Of a stretch of 64,000 bases of DNA, positions 26,057 to 38,213 are shown piece by piece (positions within the stretch are counted from its first letter, which is position 1; every line of letters begins with the position of its first letter). The notes under the pieces are model-generated. The model did no database searches. It saw only the letters and a program-made list of their open reading frames with translations, and was not told where the DNA came from. The position numbers were made by a program, and so were the translations under genes. Location: assembly GCA_951406725.2 (NCBI GenBank), contig OX597830.1, positions 31,868,001 through 31,932,000 on the forward strand, given 5' to 3'. The stretch is from Octopus vulgaris. Its lineage: Eukaryota.

Positions 26057-26255
26057 GAGGCGGGTGAGCTGGCAGAATCGTTAGCATGCTGGATGGAATG
26101 TTCAGCGGTATTTCATTAGTCTTTACGTTCTGAGTTCAAATCCTGCCGAGGCCGACTTTGCCTTTCATCCTTTCAGGGTCGATAAAATAAGTACCAGTTC
26201 AGTACTGGGGTCCATTTAATTGATTGGCCCTCTCCCTTGTGCCTTTAATAGATAG
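26057..26255 (+). mobile_element. SINE family C
   Basis: GAGCTGGCAGAATCGTTAGC head, GAGTTCAAATCC B box and GCCTTTCATCCTTTCAGGGTCGATAAAATAAGTACCAG. Confidence 0.88.
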
Positions 26256-26514
26256 CATTATTATTATTATTATTATTATCATCATCATCAGCATCATCAT
26301 CATCATCATTATTATTATTATTATTATTATCCTCATCATCATCATCATCATCATCATTATTATTATTATTATTATTATTATCATTATTATTATCACCACC
26401 ACCACCACCACCACCACCACCACCACCACCACCACCATCGTCATCATCATCATCATTCTCATCATTATCATTATCATCATCATCATCATCATCATTATTA
26501 TTATCATTATTACT

Positions 26515-26670
26515 TTTATTTTATGAAAACACAACATATTTTGCTGAGTATGACGGGAAGTGTCAGCTGTCCACAGCCAGTAGACTAAGGTGACACTTAT
26601 TTACTGGTCATGCTTCAAGAACCCTACAAAGAATTCTTGCAGTTCCAAGCAATGCTGATTTTTGTAGGCA
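26515..26670 (-). mobile_element. extreme 3' end of an R4/Dong-like retrotransposon
   Basis: The minus strand encodes LQKSALLGTARILCRVLEA*, followed by a short UTR ending at TAA-type repeats. Confidence 0.75.
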
Positions 26671-26851
26671 TTCTACCTTCACACTTGCACCAATCTTTTT
26701 CAGCCATGTTACTATTGGTATCATCTCTACTCTCTTCATTGACCACAACCTTCGTGTTTCCCACTTTAAATCGTCATAGCTGTTTATTTTTTTTCTTCTT
26801 TCACATTGATCCTGTTGTCACTGGTGCATACTTTTATTATTATTATTATTA

Positions 26852-26886
<35 letters not shown>

Positions 26887-26904
26887 GTTGTTGTTGTTGT
26901 TATT

Positions 26905-27550
26905 AATTTTATTATAGACGTCACACAGTATACAATATCGTGAGGTTGTTGATTGAAGATATTGTGTCTACTGGGGGTTTGCACTGTCTGTCAAGTCACA
27001 ACAAGGACCTCAGACAGACAGTACTTTACGCAATATGCGTGCAGTTCCAAGTAATGCTGACTTTTGCAATACATCTAGATTGTAGGGAATCCCTAAGGTT
27101 TCCATATGCTCTTTCAGATTCGGTTGTATTGAACCCAATGCTCTGATGACAATAGGGATAACTTTGATGTTCGACTCTCGTAGCTGCCACATCTTAGCAA
27201 TCTCCATTCTCAGGTCTCCATATTTATCAGCTTTTTCTCTTTCTTTCATAATGATATGTTGACTTCCTGGCACTGCCATGTCGATTATTAAGCACTCTCG
27301 TTTGTCCCCACTAAAGGTTACTATATCTGGCCTTCGGTGCTTTAAATTTCTGTCTGGAAATCGAAGTCCCAGAGAATTTTTAACTTCCCCTTTCGTCAAT
27401 TACTTTTTCCAGATATGAGGTTATGGGTGCTTGGCACCCATAACCTCATATCCATACTTACGACATAGTAGCCAGTGGAGGTTTTGGGCTACCTTGTCAT
27501 GCCTACACTTGTACTCTTTCTGTGCAAGATTTTCACAAGTACTAACAATG
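26905..27550 (-). mobile_element. R4/Dong-like retrotransposon 3' fragment (zinc knuckle remnant and restriction-like endonuclease)
   Basis: CENLAQKEYKCRHDKVAQNLHWLLCRKYG, then HRRPDIV...CLIIDMAVP...EKADKYGDL...LQKSALLGTARILRKVL*; the 3' end abuts (TAA/CAA)n. Confidence 0.9.
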
Positions 27551-27805
27551 GGAGTCATGCTTTTGACTCTCTTCCCACACATTCTTAATAGCAAGGGACA
27601 AAGGTGTTTCTTAAGGTGGTGAGTTAGTTTTTTACTTTTTTGGTAGTGGTGGTGGCGGGGGGGTTGTATGCATGAATAGCAAGGAGTGGAGTTGAAAACT
27701 TCGCTAATGGTAATAGCTGTTAGAATTGTGAGTCCGGAATGATTTTTGTTAATGAAAACAAAAAATTTTTCTTTTGTTCTCTGTTCGGTCTGTGAGTCAT
27801 GGAAA

Positions 27806-28076
27806 TCTTTATATATAAAATTGAAGTTGTGTGTGTGAGACTCTGTCTCCTCCGATTTAGATTCCTAACTACTCTCACATTTTGCGGTGCAGTTTAACCA
27901 AAAGCGGGTATCTTATAGTCATCATTCATATCTGAGTATTAGTGCACGTCTACGATGAGTCTACGATTTTTAAAAAAATTTACCATCATTTTTCCGCATT
28001 TTTAATGATTTTTGCTCGGGTTATATAAGGGAAGAAACTCTCTAAAAATGCGAGCAACGCCGAATGATACTGCTAA
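27806..28076 (+). mobile_element. small non-autonomous Helitron-like element
   Basis: Starts A|TCTTTATATATAAAA followed by a short GT tract, and ends GCAACGCCGAATGATACTG-CTAA|T (CTRR end, A|T target, decayed terminal hairpin); no TSD. Confidence 0.6.
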
Positions 28077-28824
28077 TGTTAAATACAGTGGTCTGAATCT
28101 ATGCTGGAGAAAGGTTGCTTATTTGTAAAACTTTGTAGATTTCACTTTAAGCTCCCACTTTGAGGGCGTACATAGGAAGATGATAGGTCTGTATATTGTT
28201 ACTTTATTTAAGTCTTTATTAGCCTTTAGGACTTCAGATTTTGTCCAGCTCTCAGATTCTGGGAATTCCAGTGTTTATAGATGTTTGCGAATGCAACAGT
28301 TCTTTCAAACCTGAAGTATTCTAATTGTACGCTTGTGATTTTGTTTCAAATTAAGATAGCAGAGGTGTTTGTTGATGCTGCTGATTAGCCCTAGGCCCAC
28401 CCTAACTGAGTAGATAACATTTGGTTAAAGACATTGCAACCTTAGCTATTCCATTCTATCTTTTCTTATTTTCCATGAAGTGTAACCAAGCAAAGGCGTG
28501 TGGCCTAGTACTTAGAATCCTATACTCATGATCTTGTGATCATGGTTTCGATGCATTGTACTCTTGAGCAAAACACTTCATTTCTCTTTACTCCAGTCCA
28601 CTCAGCTGTAAGTGTGCAACCCTGTGTCCGAGCTGCGTCCTGTTCAGGCTGAATGTTGCCATCTGGGTTACATTTGCCCCAACAAAACTGGTTAACCAGC
28701 CGTACGAGTCCTTGAACTCAGGACAGCAATGCCCAGAAGTTGATGATGATGATGATGATTCTGTATGTAGGACCATGTTAGTCAAGTCTTTATTATTATT
28801 AATATTGTTGTTGTTTTTGTTATG

Positions 28825-28861
<37 letters not shown>

Positions 28862-28862
<1 letters not shown>

Positions 28863-29428
28863 TTTTTTTTTTCCTTCTTTCAAATTTGCTTCCATTTCTT
28901 GCCGAGTGTCTTCCCGACTCCTAGGGAAAAGAAACTCATAGTATACATTGGTAGGCCATTAAACCAAACTCAATAGTTCGTTCATTTAAAATTTTTTTTT
29001 TTCTTTTTTTTTTTAAGTTAAATTAAAATACATGAGCAGCAACAGTTCTCACATCGACAATGCTCTTCTCAATACGTGTGATGTAACCAGTTAAGACAAT
29101 CTTTTGCACTTCTTGCAGGGATGGTAAGCCAGAGATCATTCTCATATAATTTTCGGTTCCCTTCTTGATCATTCCTAGTGCTCCTACGATCACTGGTATT
29201 GTAACCGCCTTGAGATGCCACATTTTCTCAATTTCAATGAGTAGGTCTTTATATTTTCTGAGCTTGTCAAACTCTTTCGCTGAGATATTATGATCACAGG
29301 GGATGCTCATGTCGATCAATAAGCAAACTTTATTGTTTTGATCTTTCACAAGAATATCTGGTTTATTGGCCTTGATGGTTCGGTCTGTATGTACTGGAAA
29401 GTCCCACAGAATGGTTACATTTTCTCCT

Positions 29429-29430
<2 letters not shown>
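28862..29430 (-). mobile_element. 5'-truncated R4/Dong-like retrotransposon inserted in (TAA)n
   Basis: EGENVTILWDFPVHTDRTIKANKPDILVKD...CLLIDMSIPCDHNISAKEFDKLRKYKDL...PVIVGALG; A-rich 3' end; (TAA)n on both sides. Confidence 0.92.
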
Positions 29431-29495
<65 letters not shown>

Positions 29496-29523
29496 CATCA
29501 TCATTATTATTATTATTATTAAA

Positions 29524-29589
<66 letters not shown>

Positions 29590-30669
29590 GCATCTGTTTT
29601 ATTTTTATTCTTTTATTCTTTTATATGTTTCAGCCTTGTGGCTGTGGCCATGCTGGGACACAGCATTTTTTTTTTTTTTATTTAATTAACTGTTATTAAA
29701 ACATTTGACAAACATTTTGGTTGTAATGTTTTTGCAGATCAGGTGACCAGAAAAAGAGGTCAGTATCGTTGGCTTGTGAAGGGCTTGGGTTGGTGACAGA
29801 GGTGGTGGAGTTGCAGAAGTCGTCAGTTGAAGTTAAGGTTGCTGGTGGTGTCGTTGTTGTTGTTGGTGACAGTAATGCCGTTGGTTGTGGTGTGAGGTGA
29901 CCAGAAAGAGCAAAGGTCAACCATGTGGACACCCAAGTATCCAATTAATGTGCAATCTTAAGCAAGTGTGTCATATACACACTCACCGGTTCATTATGCA
30001 TGCTATTTGATCAAAGCAATTAAGGTACATTTAATTATTATTTTGTTGTGATTTTTTTTATAACGAAACACTCAACCTGTCTTCGGACAGGTATACAAAA
30101 AATGGTGATACTGGTGATGATGGTGGTGGTGACTGGGTGGGGGGGGGCTGTTGTGGTAGCAGTTGTTGTCGTGGTGGTGGTGATAGTTAGTTGTTGTGGT
30201 GGTGATGGCAACGGTGGTGGTGGTGGTGGTGGTAGTGGTGGTGGTGGTGGTGGTAGTTGTGGTGATGGTGGTGGTTGGTTGTTGTGGTAGTGGTGGTGAT
30301 TGTGGTGGTGGTGCTGGTGGTTGTGGTGGTGGCGATTGTGGTGGTGATAGTGGTGGTGGTGGTGGTGATGGTGGTGGTGGTAGTGGTCGTGGTGGTGATG
30401 TTGGTGGTGGTGGCAGTGGTGGCAGCAGTGGCAATACTGATGGCCATGGTGATAATTGTGAGGCTGGTACTAGAGTTGGTGATATAGTGATAGCCGTGAT
30501 GGAGTTAGTTGAGTGGTTGTGGTTGTCTGGGTGGGGTGGGGTGGGATGGGAGTAGTAATGGTGGGGATGGTGGTGATGGCGACGGGAGGGTGCGATGAAA
30601 GGAAAGCATGGATACTAACAAACATTAGGAAATCTGGTTACTGCGATGATAAGGATGTTGTTGATTATA

Positions 30670-30701
<32 letters not shown>

Positions 30702-31207
30702 AATTATTATTATCATCATCATCGTCGTCATCAGCATCATCATGATTGCAACAGATACTAGTGAGATGAAAGGTGATGATAGCAGTGGTGGTGGTGGTGG
30801 TGGTGGTTGCTGTAATGGTGGTGGCTGCACTTGTAGTAGTGGTGATGATGGTGGTGAGGGTGGGGTGGGGTGGTTGTGTGTGGTGGGGGGGGTCATCGTG
30901 TTGATTGAGTTGGTGGTGATTATGGCGACTCCGGAGGGTGGCGATTACACACGTACGGATATTCTTAATTGGTTTGTTATATAACCGGAGCATTGCAGAC
31001 ATTCTTTTTCAACACCCACGCATATATAAATATACACAGTATGTCTGCATGCCTGTACGATTGTGCATATTGTACGTGTGGATACACACACAGACACACA
31101 CACAAACACACATGCACACACATACACATTCTTACACGTATGGGCATGCACACACACACACATACGTACATACATATATATGTATGTATGTCTCTCTCTC
31201 TCTCTCT

Positions 31208-31254
<47 letters not shown>

Positions 31255-31371
31255 TATATATGAGCATGGGTATGAACATGTTTGTTTATATATATATATA
31301 TATATACAAAATTAGAAAATGGAGAAACATACTTAAATTAATAAAACATCAACCCCTATCTCATTTTATAA

Positions 31372-31414
<43 letters not shown>

Positions 31415-32070
31415 CATCATCATCATCGCATACACACGCATATATGTATCTGTGCTAAAGTTTTCTGTTTATCATTTTATAAATTTACACACCAGAAACA
31501 CCCCCCACATACACACATACACACTCATGCATACGTATATATATATATATATGTACACACACACACACACACATATATATGCACATACACGCACATATGC
31601 GCACACACACATACGCATATCTATGTACTCACACATACAAAACTACGTAAACCCTTTACACAAACACACACATAAGCTCCTCCTAATACAAACATATTGC
31701 AATTAAATTTCTACACAGGCCGTTGGACCCGCCACTTTGGTATGGGTATGTCTCCCATTCCAACAACATGGACATTCCTGTCCAACGTTATTAATTATCA
31801 AATTGACAAGCAATTCTGTTGAAATAAGCACAGGTATATTGTTGTAGTTGTTTTTGCTGTTTTGTCTGTCTCTGTTTGTTTCGGTACAGATTGTCTAAGT
31901 TATTGCTGTTGATGCGCCTCACCTCATCTTTTTTGTTCTCCCCCCACCACCACCACCACCACTTTAGTTGTATACTGCAGTCTTCTCCATGTATAGCTAA
32001 ATTTATTCTAAGTTACAGCCGGATCTCCTGGCCGGATTCGGAAATTTTTCAAACTGTCATCGCTTACATA

Positions 32071-32117
<47 letters not shown>

Positions 32118-32189
32118 ATGTATGTATGTATGTATGTATGTGTGTGTGTTCAGAGAGAGATAGAAATATATAGAGAGAAGAGAGATACC

Positions 32190-32217
<28 letters not shown>

Positions 32218-32220
<3 letters not shown>

Positions 32221-32502
32221 CCAGTGGTTAGGGCTGCGGACTCACAGTCGTAAGATCATGGTTTCGATTCCCAGACCGGGCGTTGTGAGTGTTTATTGTG
32301 CGAAAACACCTAAAAGATTCACGAGGCTCCGGCAGGGGTGGTGATCCCTGCTGTACTCTTTCACCACTCTTTCTCCCACTCTTTCTTCTGTTGGCCTGCT
32401 CACTTAGCCAGTGTGGTGGCGTCATTCAAAGGCTAAAACAATGCGAACGCATTGTGACCAGCGATGTGTAACAAAATCTGATGGTCTGGTCAGTCACGTG
32501 AT
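32218..32502 (+). mobile_element. SINE family B
   Basis: TGGCCCAGTGG A box and GGTTTCGATTCC B box; matches 958-1265. Confidence 0.88.
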
Positions 32503-32514
32503 ATATATATATAG

Positions 32515-33045
32515 GGAGGAAAGTAAGAAGAAAAATAATCGAAAATGTACTGAATGAATAAAGAGGCAACTTTCATCAATAGATATCTTCCCCAACTCAA
32601 TATGAACACATAACATAATACAGAACACTACTAACCTTTCAATTAATACCACTAACCCCCATACATCCCATACACCTTTCACATTACAGATCTATATCTA
32701 CCCTAATTGCACCAAATTCAAAACTACTAACCTCCTTTACACATAATCTTTTTACTCAGAGACTAGTAGACCTGACACCGTTCATTAATTGGTGTGTATT
32801 CAAAGCAATGATTAGTAAATTCACGAAACCGGTATGCTTTTCAATCTCTTTAACAATTCACAATAATGACTTTTATTACTTTTATTCCTACTTCAGTTCA
32901 TCTAATTGTATATATCTATCATTACATTTCATTAAAAAGCCTTTACTTTTTATGATTTCCAATGTGCATTTTCGCTTACTTTTATTCTTATTTTCCCCTT
33001 GCATTTCCACGTGTAGTTTCTATTTTCTTTTTGTAATATATTTCT

Positions 33046-33047
<2 letters not shown>
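32515..33047 (+). mobile_element. Penelope-like element 3' end (GIY-YIG C-terminus and terminal repeat region)
   Basis: NKEATFINRYLPQLNMNT* (32557-32613) matches the PLE E..FI....P.LN end motif; hammerhead motif downstream; bounded by TA tracts. Confidence 0.75.
32802..32840 (+). ncRNA. minimal type I hammerhead ribozyme motif, A3-U8 variant
   Basis: AAAGCA-ATGATTA-GTaaattcAC-GAAA-CCGG-TA-TGCTTT: 6-bp stem I, short stem II, palindromic stem III and a GUA cleavage triplet. Confidence 0.7.
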
Positions 33048-33110
<63 letters not shown>

Positions 33111-33264
33111 GCATTTATGGGTGCAAGACGTCAGCAATGGTTCAAACATGAAATACATAAACAAATGAGTTAAATAACGAGAAAAAAAGGGAGAACAGGA
33201 CAAGTAAACACAGAGAAAGGACCCTTCATCAGTTGTTGGCTGTCTATCTACTCCTCATCTCGAG

Positions 33265-33850
33265 CATTCAAATTCTGCCGATGTCAGCCTAACATTATAT
33301 CGTTTCCCAGTCAATAAAAAAAAAGTACCAGTTGAGTACTGGGGTCAATGTAATCAGCTAGGGCTCTCTCACCAAGTTTCAGGCCTTTTGCCCATTGTAG
33401 AAAGCATTAATACTATAATAATTGTTGAGGCGGTGAGCTGACGGAATTGTTAGCACGCTGGACTAAATGTTTAGCGGCATTTCATCCTTCGGTAAATTCT
33501 GAGTCCAAATTCCACTGAGGTCGACTTTGCCTTTCATTCTTTCAGTGATCAATAAAATAAGTACCAGTTGAACAGTGAGGTTGATATTATCGACTTAGAC
33601 CTTTACCCGAAAGTGCTAGCCTTCTGCCAAAATTTGAAGTCAATGTTATTATAATAGTTAAGGTGGCAGGCTGGAGAGAATACCTTCCAGTTTTCTTACG
33701 TTCTGAGTTCAAATTCCACTGAGGTCAACTTCGCCTTTCATCTTTTCGTGGTCAATAAATTAAGTACCAGTTGTGTACTGGGGTCGATCTAATTGACTGT
33801 TCCCCTCCCCACAAAATCAAGGCCATGTGCCTAGAGTATAAAAGATTATT
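33265..33850 (+). mobile_element. three consecutive SINE family C copies
   Basis: The TCAAATTC...AGTACCAGTTG unit recurs at about 33265-33410, 33427-33645 and 33660-33850. Confidence 0.8.
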
Positions 33851-35611
33851 ATTGTAATTTCTCGTTGGCATGCATTACAGAGAAAGCGGACGTTAAACGA
33901 TGATGTTGATGATGATGATGATGATGATGATCCAGTATTTGTAGGAAATGACAAAAGAATCTCTATGTGGTCGAGTAATATCCTTGAAATAGCAACTAAA
34001 TCTACCACAAATGTACATTTGTGTTTTCAGAAAGTAAAGAACAATGCAGTCAGTTCATGGCTGGAATGCTTTTGGTCATCATAGCTTTGCTGGTGCAGAA
34101 GGGTTGACCTCGGCTTAAACAACAAGGAATGCAACAAAAGCAGAACCAGCCACCACCTCTACTACTGCTACTACTACTGCTGCTGCTGCTGCTGTTTCTT
34201 AATCACAGGTGACTTTAATTAAACACTTGTATAATTTCTAAAGATGTTTTCACAAAACAGATTGTTGTTAGTGTCAGTTTGATGAATGAGTGGTGGAGGT
34301 GGTGGCGGTGGTGGTGGTGGTAGTCGTGGTGGTGGTGGTGGTGGTGGTAGTGATGGTGGTGGTAGTGATGGTGGGAATGTGGTGACAGTGGGGTTAGTAG
34401 TGGGTGGCAGTAGTATGAAGGTGCTTGGTGAAAGAGTGGTGGTGGTGGAAGGGTGGAGACAGCTGCGATTGTTGCAGAAATTAGAAGCAATGGAGGTAGT
34501 GGCGATGGTAGTAGTAGTAGTGGTGGTGGTGGTAGTAGTAGTAGGAGTAGTAGTAGTAATAGCAGCACCCGTAGAGCAGCACTGATAGCGATATAGTAAC
34601 GATTGTTGTACAGGTGATAGTGGTGTTAGTGATAGTAATGGAAATGACTGTAGCAATGATTGTTGTAGTGGTAATTGCTGTGGCTGAGGTGGTAGTCATG
34701 GTCATGGTGATGCTCACGATCGTGGTCTTTGCGGTGGTCTTTGCGGTGGTGATGGTGGTGGTGGTGGTGGTGATGGTGGTAGTCATTGTGGTGATCGTGG
34801 CGATGGTCAGGGTCGTCATTATTATGGTGGTGGTCGTGTTGGCAGTGGTAGAAGGGTTTGTAATTGTTGTGGTTGTACACACCTTCATTTCTTCGTTTGT
34901 TCTTTCCTTTTTTTGGTTTAGTAATTTCATTTTTTTAAAAATATTCTTCTTTCTCTTTCATACTTGCTCATACTTTTTTCTTCTCTATCCTTCCCTTCCT
35001 TGCTCCCCTTCTTCACTTTCCTTTTTTGCTCTCCTTCTTTCATTTCTTTCCTTGCTGGCTCTCTTTCCTTCTCTTTCCTTTCTTGCACTTCTTTTCATTT
35101 CTTCTTTTTTCTTCCTTGCTCTTCCTTTTTTTTCACTTTCCTTCTTTGCTCTCCTTTCTCATTCTTTGCTCTCCATTATTATTTGTGATATAAACATGAA
35201 TTAAATTCCATGTTCTTGCCCATCTCAACCTTAACACTGCCCAACTTTTTTTCACATCAGCACTATCCCTTAAATTTCAAGGGAGGTGATGTCAACTACA
35301 TTTCTGTTGCTCTCTATTTTCACCAAGTACGTTTTTTTTATCAACTTCATCTCTACAAAGAATTAAAATAAAATACCTCAACAGAACTTGAACTCACAAT
35401 GAAAAGATATACAACCAAATACAAGTTACTATCCAGTACTCTAACAATTATGCCAACTCACTAAATAAATGTGATTGGGGGAACAACTCTGTTGAATTGA
35501 CCGTGTAGTAATGTTAGAAGGAGAAGCACAAGAAGACAACTCAATGACTGGCATTGCAGCATTGGATGGAATACAAGCACAGCATTGATTTTCCAGACTA
35601 GTGGTTTTGGA

Positions 35612-35940
35612 CTTTTGAATCCAGAGCTTTGGTTCCAGACCTTTGGTTCCAGACTTTGGTTCCAGACTTTTGGTTCCAGACCTTTGGTTCCAGAATTTTG
35701 GTTCCAGTCCTTTGGATCCAGACTTTTGGTTCTGAACCTTTGATTCCAGAGCTTTGGTTCCAGAGCTTTTGGTTCCAGACCTTTGATTCCAGACTTTTGG
35801 TTCCAGACTTTTGGTTCCAGACCTTTGGTTCCAGACTTTTGATTCCAGACCTTTGGTTCCAGACTTTTGGTTCTGAACGTTTGATTCCAGCACTTTTGTT
35901 CCGGACCTTTGATTCCAGACTTTTGGTTCTTGACCTTTGG
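35612..35940. repeat. 14-bp minisatellite (C/T)TTTGGTTCCAGAC, about 23 copies
   Basis: Tandem units with point variants, seen directly. Confidence 0.95.
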
Positions 35941-36325
35941 GTACTTTCTGAGTTGGCTGGTTGTGCAACATTGGTGTAGGTTACAGCTGTGAACTCACTT
36001 TACTTGCCGGGTAAAAATGATTAACTATGAAAGACAAAGGAAGAATACTTCATGAAAACCCTAAGTCCGAAAATAAATCGGAAATAGTTAATACTACTAC
36101 TACTACAAAAATAACAACTTCCTCTTTCAGACATTATCCAAGAACACATGTATGTTTGAAAAGGTAATTGAGAGTGCTAACACAGGCAAGAAAGAAACTT
36201 CTTCCACAAAGGTTAGTGACATTCTGATGAATCCACAACTATTTTTTTAAAATAATTTTTTAAAATTCCCTTTCATATTTCGTAAAACTGAATCAAGTAA
36301 TTTAGTAATTTTCACAAAGACATTT

Positions 36326-36389
<64 letters not shown>

Positions 36390-36471
36390 TATGTATGTAT
36401 GTGAGTGTGTGTGTGTGTGTATGTATATATATATATATATATGGATACAAATATATAGCTACATAGATATA

Positions 36472-36950
36472 TGTCCAGCCCCAGCCCATTCAAAGTACTT
36501 TAGATTGTGGGACAATCTGCTGTGCTTACCTTGGATCGTAGGGTGACCTGTGCTTGAGGACACCTATTGAGTCAAGTACATCAACATCAAAATAAAAAAT
36601 CAAATGGAAATTGCAGTTGTGATACCCATGCCGGTGGCATGTAAAAAGCACCATCCAAATGTGGCCGATGCCAGCGCCACCTTGACTGGCTTCCATGCCA
36701 GTGGCACGTAAAAAAGTACCAACCGATCGTGGCCGTTGCTAGCCTCCGCTGGCTCCTGTGCCAGTGGCACATAAAAAGCACCCACTACACTCACGGAGTG
36801 GTTGGCGTTAGGAAGGGCATCCAGCTGTAGAAACACTGCCGGATCAGACTAGAGCCTGGTGCAGCCTCCTGGCTTCCCAGACCCTGGTTGAACCATCCAA
36901 CCCATGCTAGCATGGAAAACGGACGTTAAACGATGATGATCATGATCATG
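36472..36950 (+). mobile_element. RTE LINE 3' UTR
   Basis: Colinear with 8465-8885; ends GGACGTTAAACGATGATGAT. Confidence 0.88.
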
Positions 36951-38170
36951 ATGATAAATATAAATATATATGAACAGTAGCTTTGTGACATGTGATAAGA
37001 GGGAAAATTATGATAGAGGGACAGAAACAAGTGTCTTGCTGTGGAGGAGATATGTGGTTACTCCAGTTGGAGGGAGAGAGAGAGAGAGAGAGCATGCCAG
37101 AGTTAGAGAGAGAAAGAGTAAGAGAGAGAGAGAGAGAGAGAGAAAGTAAGAAAGTGAGAGATCTAGAGAGAGGGGGTGCTGGTGACAGAAAAAGTGAGGG
37201 AGATGGTGACGATGTGCAAGAGAGTAACCTCAAGGTACAAGGAGGTGAATGTAAATGGAGTGATAGAAGATTAGAAAAGGGGTGGTGTGAGCAGGCAGGG
37301 AGTTCACAAGAGGGCAAAAGGAGAGAGGAGAGAGAGAAAAAAAGGAGAATGCAGCAACCAATGAAAACAACGAGAAATATACATATATTTTTTTGTATGT
37401 GTCTTATTTTTTTTATTTTACTTAAACTTAATAGCTGTACCCCAGGATGTCGACAACTCCGATACTGAAACCAGTAAAAGAGCAAAATATGTGATCAGTA
37501 TTTGAATATAATTTTGCAATACTAAACAGTAAAGCATTCTGATACCAGAAAGCCTTGTGTTGCTATGGACCGAAATGTGAAAAAATATTTTTATTGGTTT
37601 TTTTTTTTATTCCTTATTAATGATATTTTATTTTGTTGAAGATATTTTTATTTTTATTTTTGGGCTGTTTTCTTTTTCTTGGTGTAACCTGTGGTTCGCT
37701 TCTCTTATGACATTTTGAATAGAAATGATCGGCATACTTAATGACCATATATACTTAAATAATATGTGTGCATGTGTATGTGTGTACATGTGCATGTATG
37801 TGCATGTGGGTGCATCTGAATTTATACATATATACATACATATTTACATTTATATATTATATATAGGTATATATGCATATATATATTATAGATATGAATG
37901 TATATATATATATATATATGTTTGTGTGCGTGTGTCTGTATTTATGTATATGTATATATATTTACATTTATATGATATATATATGTACATGCTTATACAT
38001 ATATATTATATATATATATGTATTTATATATATGTATATATATATATATGTATGTGTGTATATGTATATATATATATAAATACATATATGTATATATATA
38101 TGAATATATATTTGTACTTATATATACAAATACGTGAATGTGTATATGTATATATAATATATATATTATA

Positions 38171-38213
<43 letters not shown>

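Noticed and set aside
30100-30900. Gly-, Pro- and Thr-rich ORFs (also at 34215-34930)
   Set aside because: Degenerate (GGT/GAT)n arrays with no splice or start context.
33108-33265. Minus-strand CTGATGAAG, and a plus-strand CTGATGAA at about 36224
   Set aside because: No properly placed GAAA, stem III or stem I partner in either case.
35612-35940. CRISPR-like periodicity
   Set aside because: The units are directly adjacent with no unique spacers, the context is eukaryotic and there are no cas genes.
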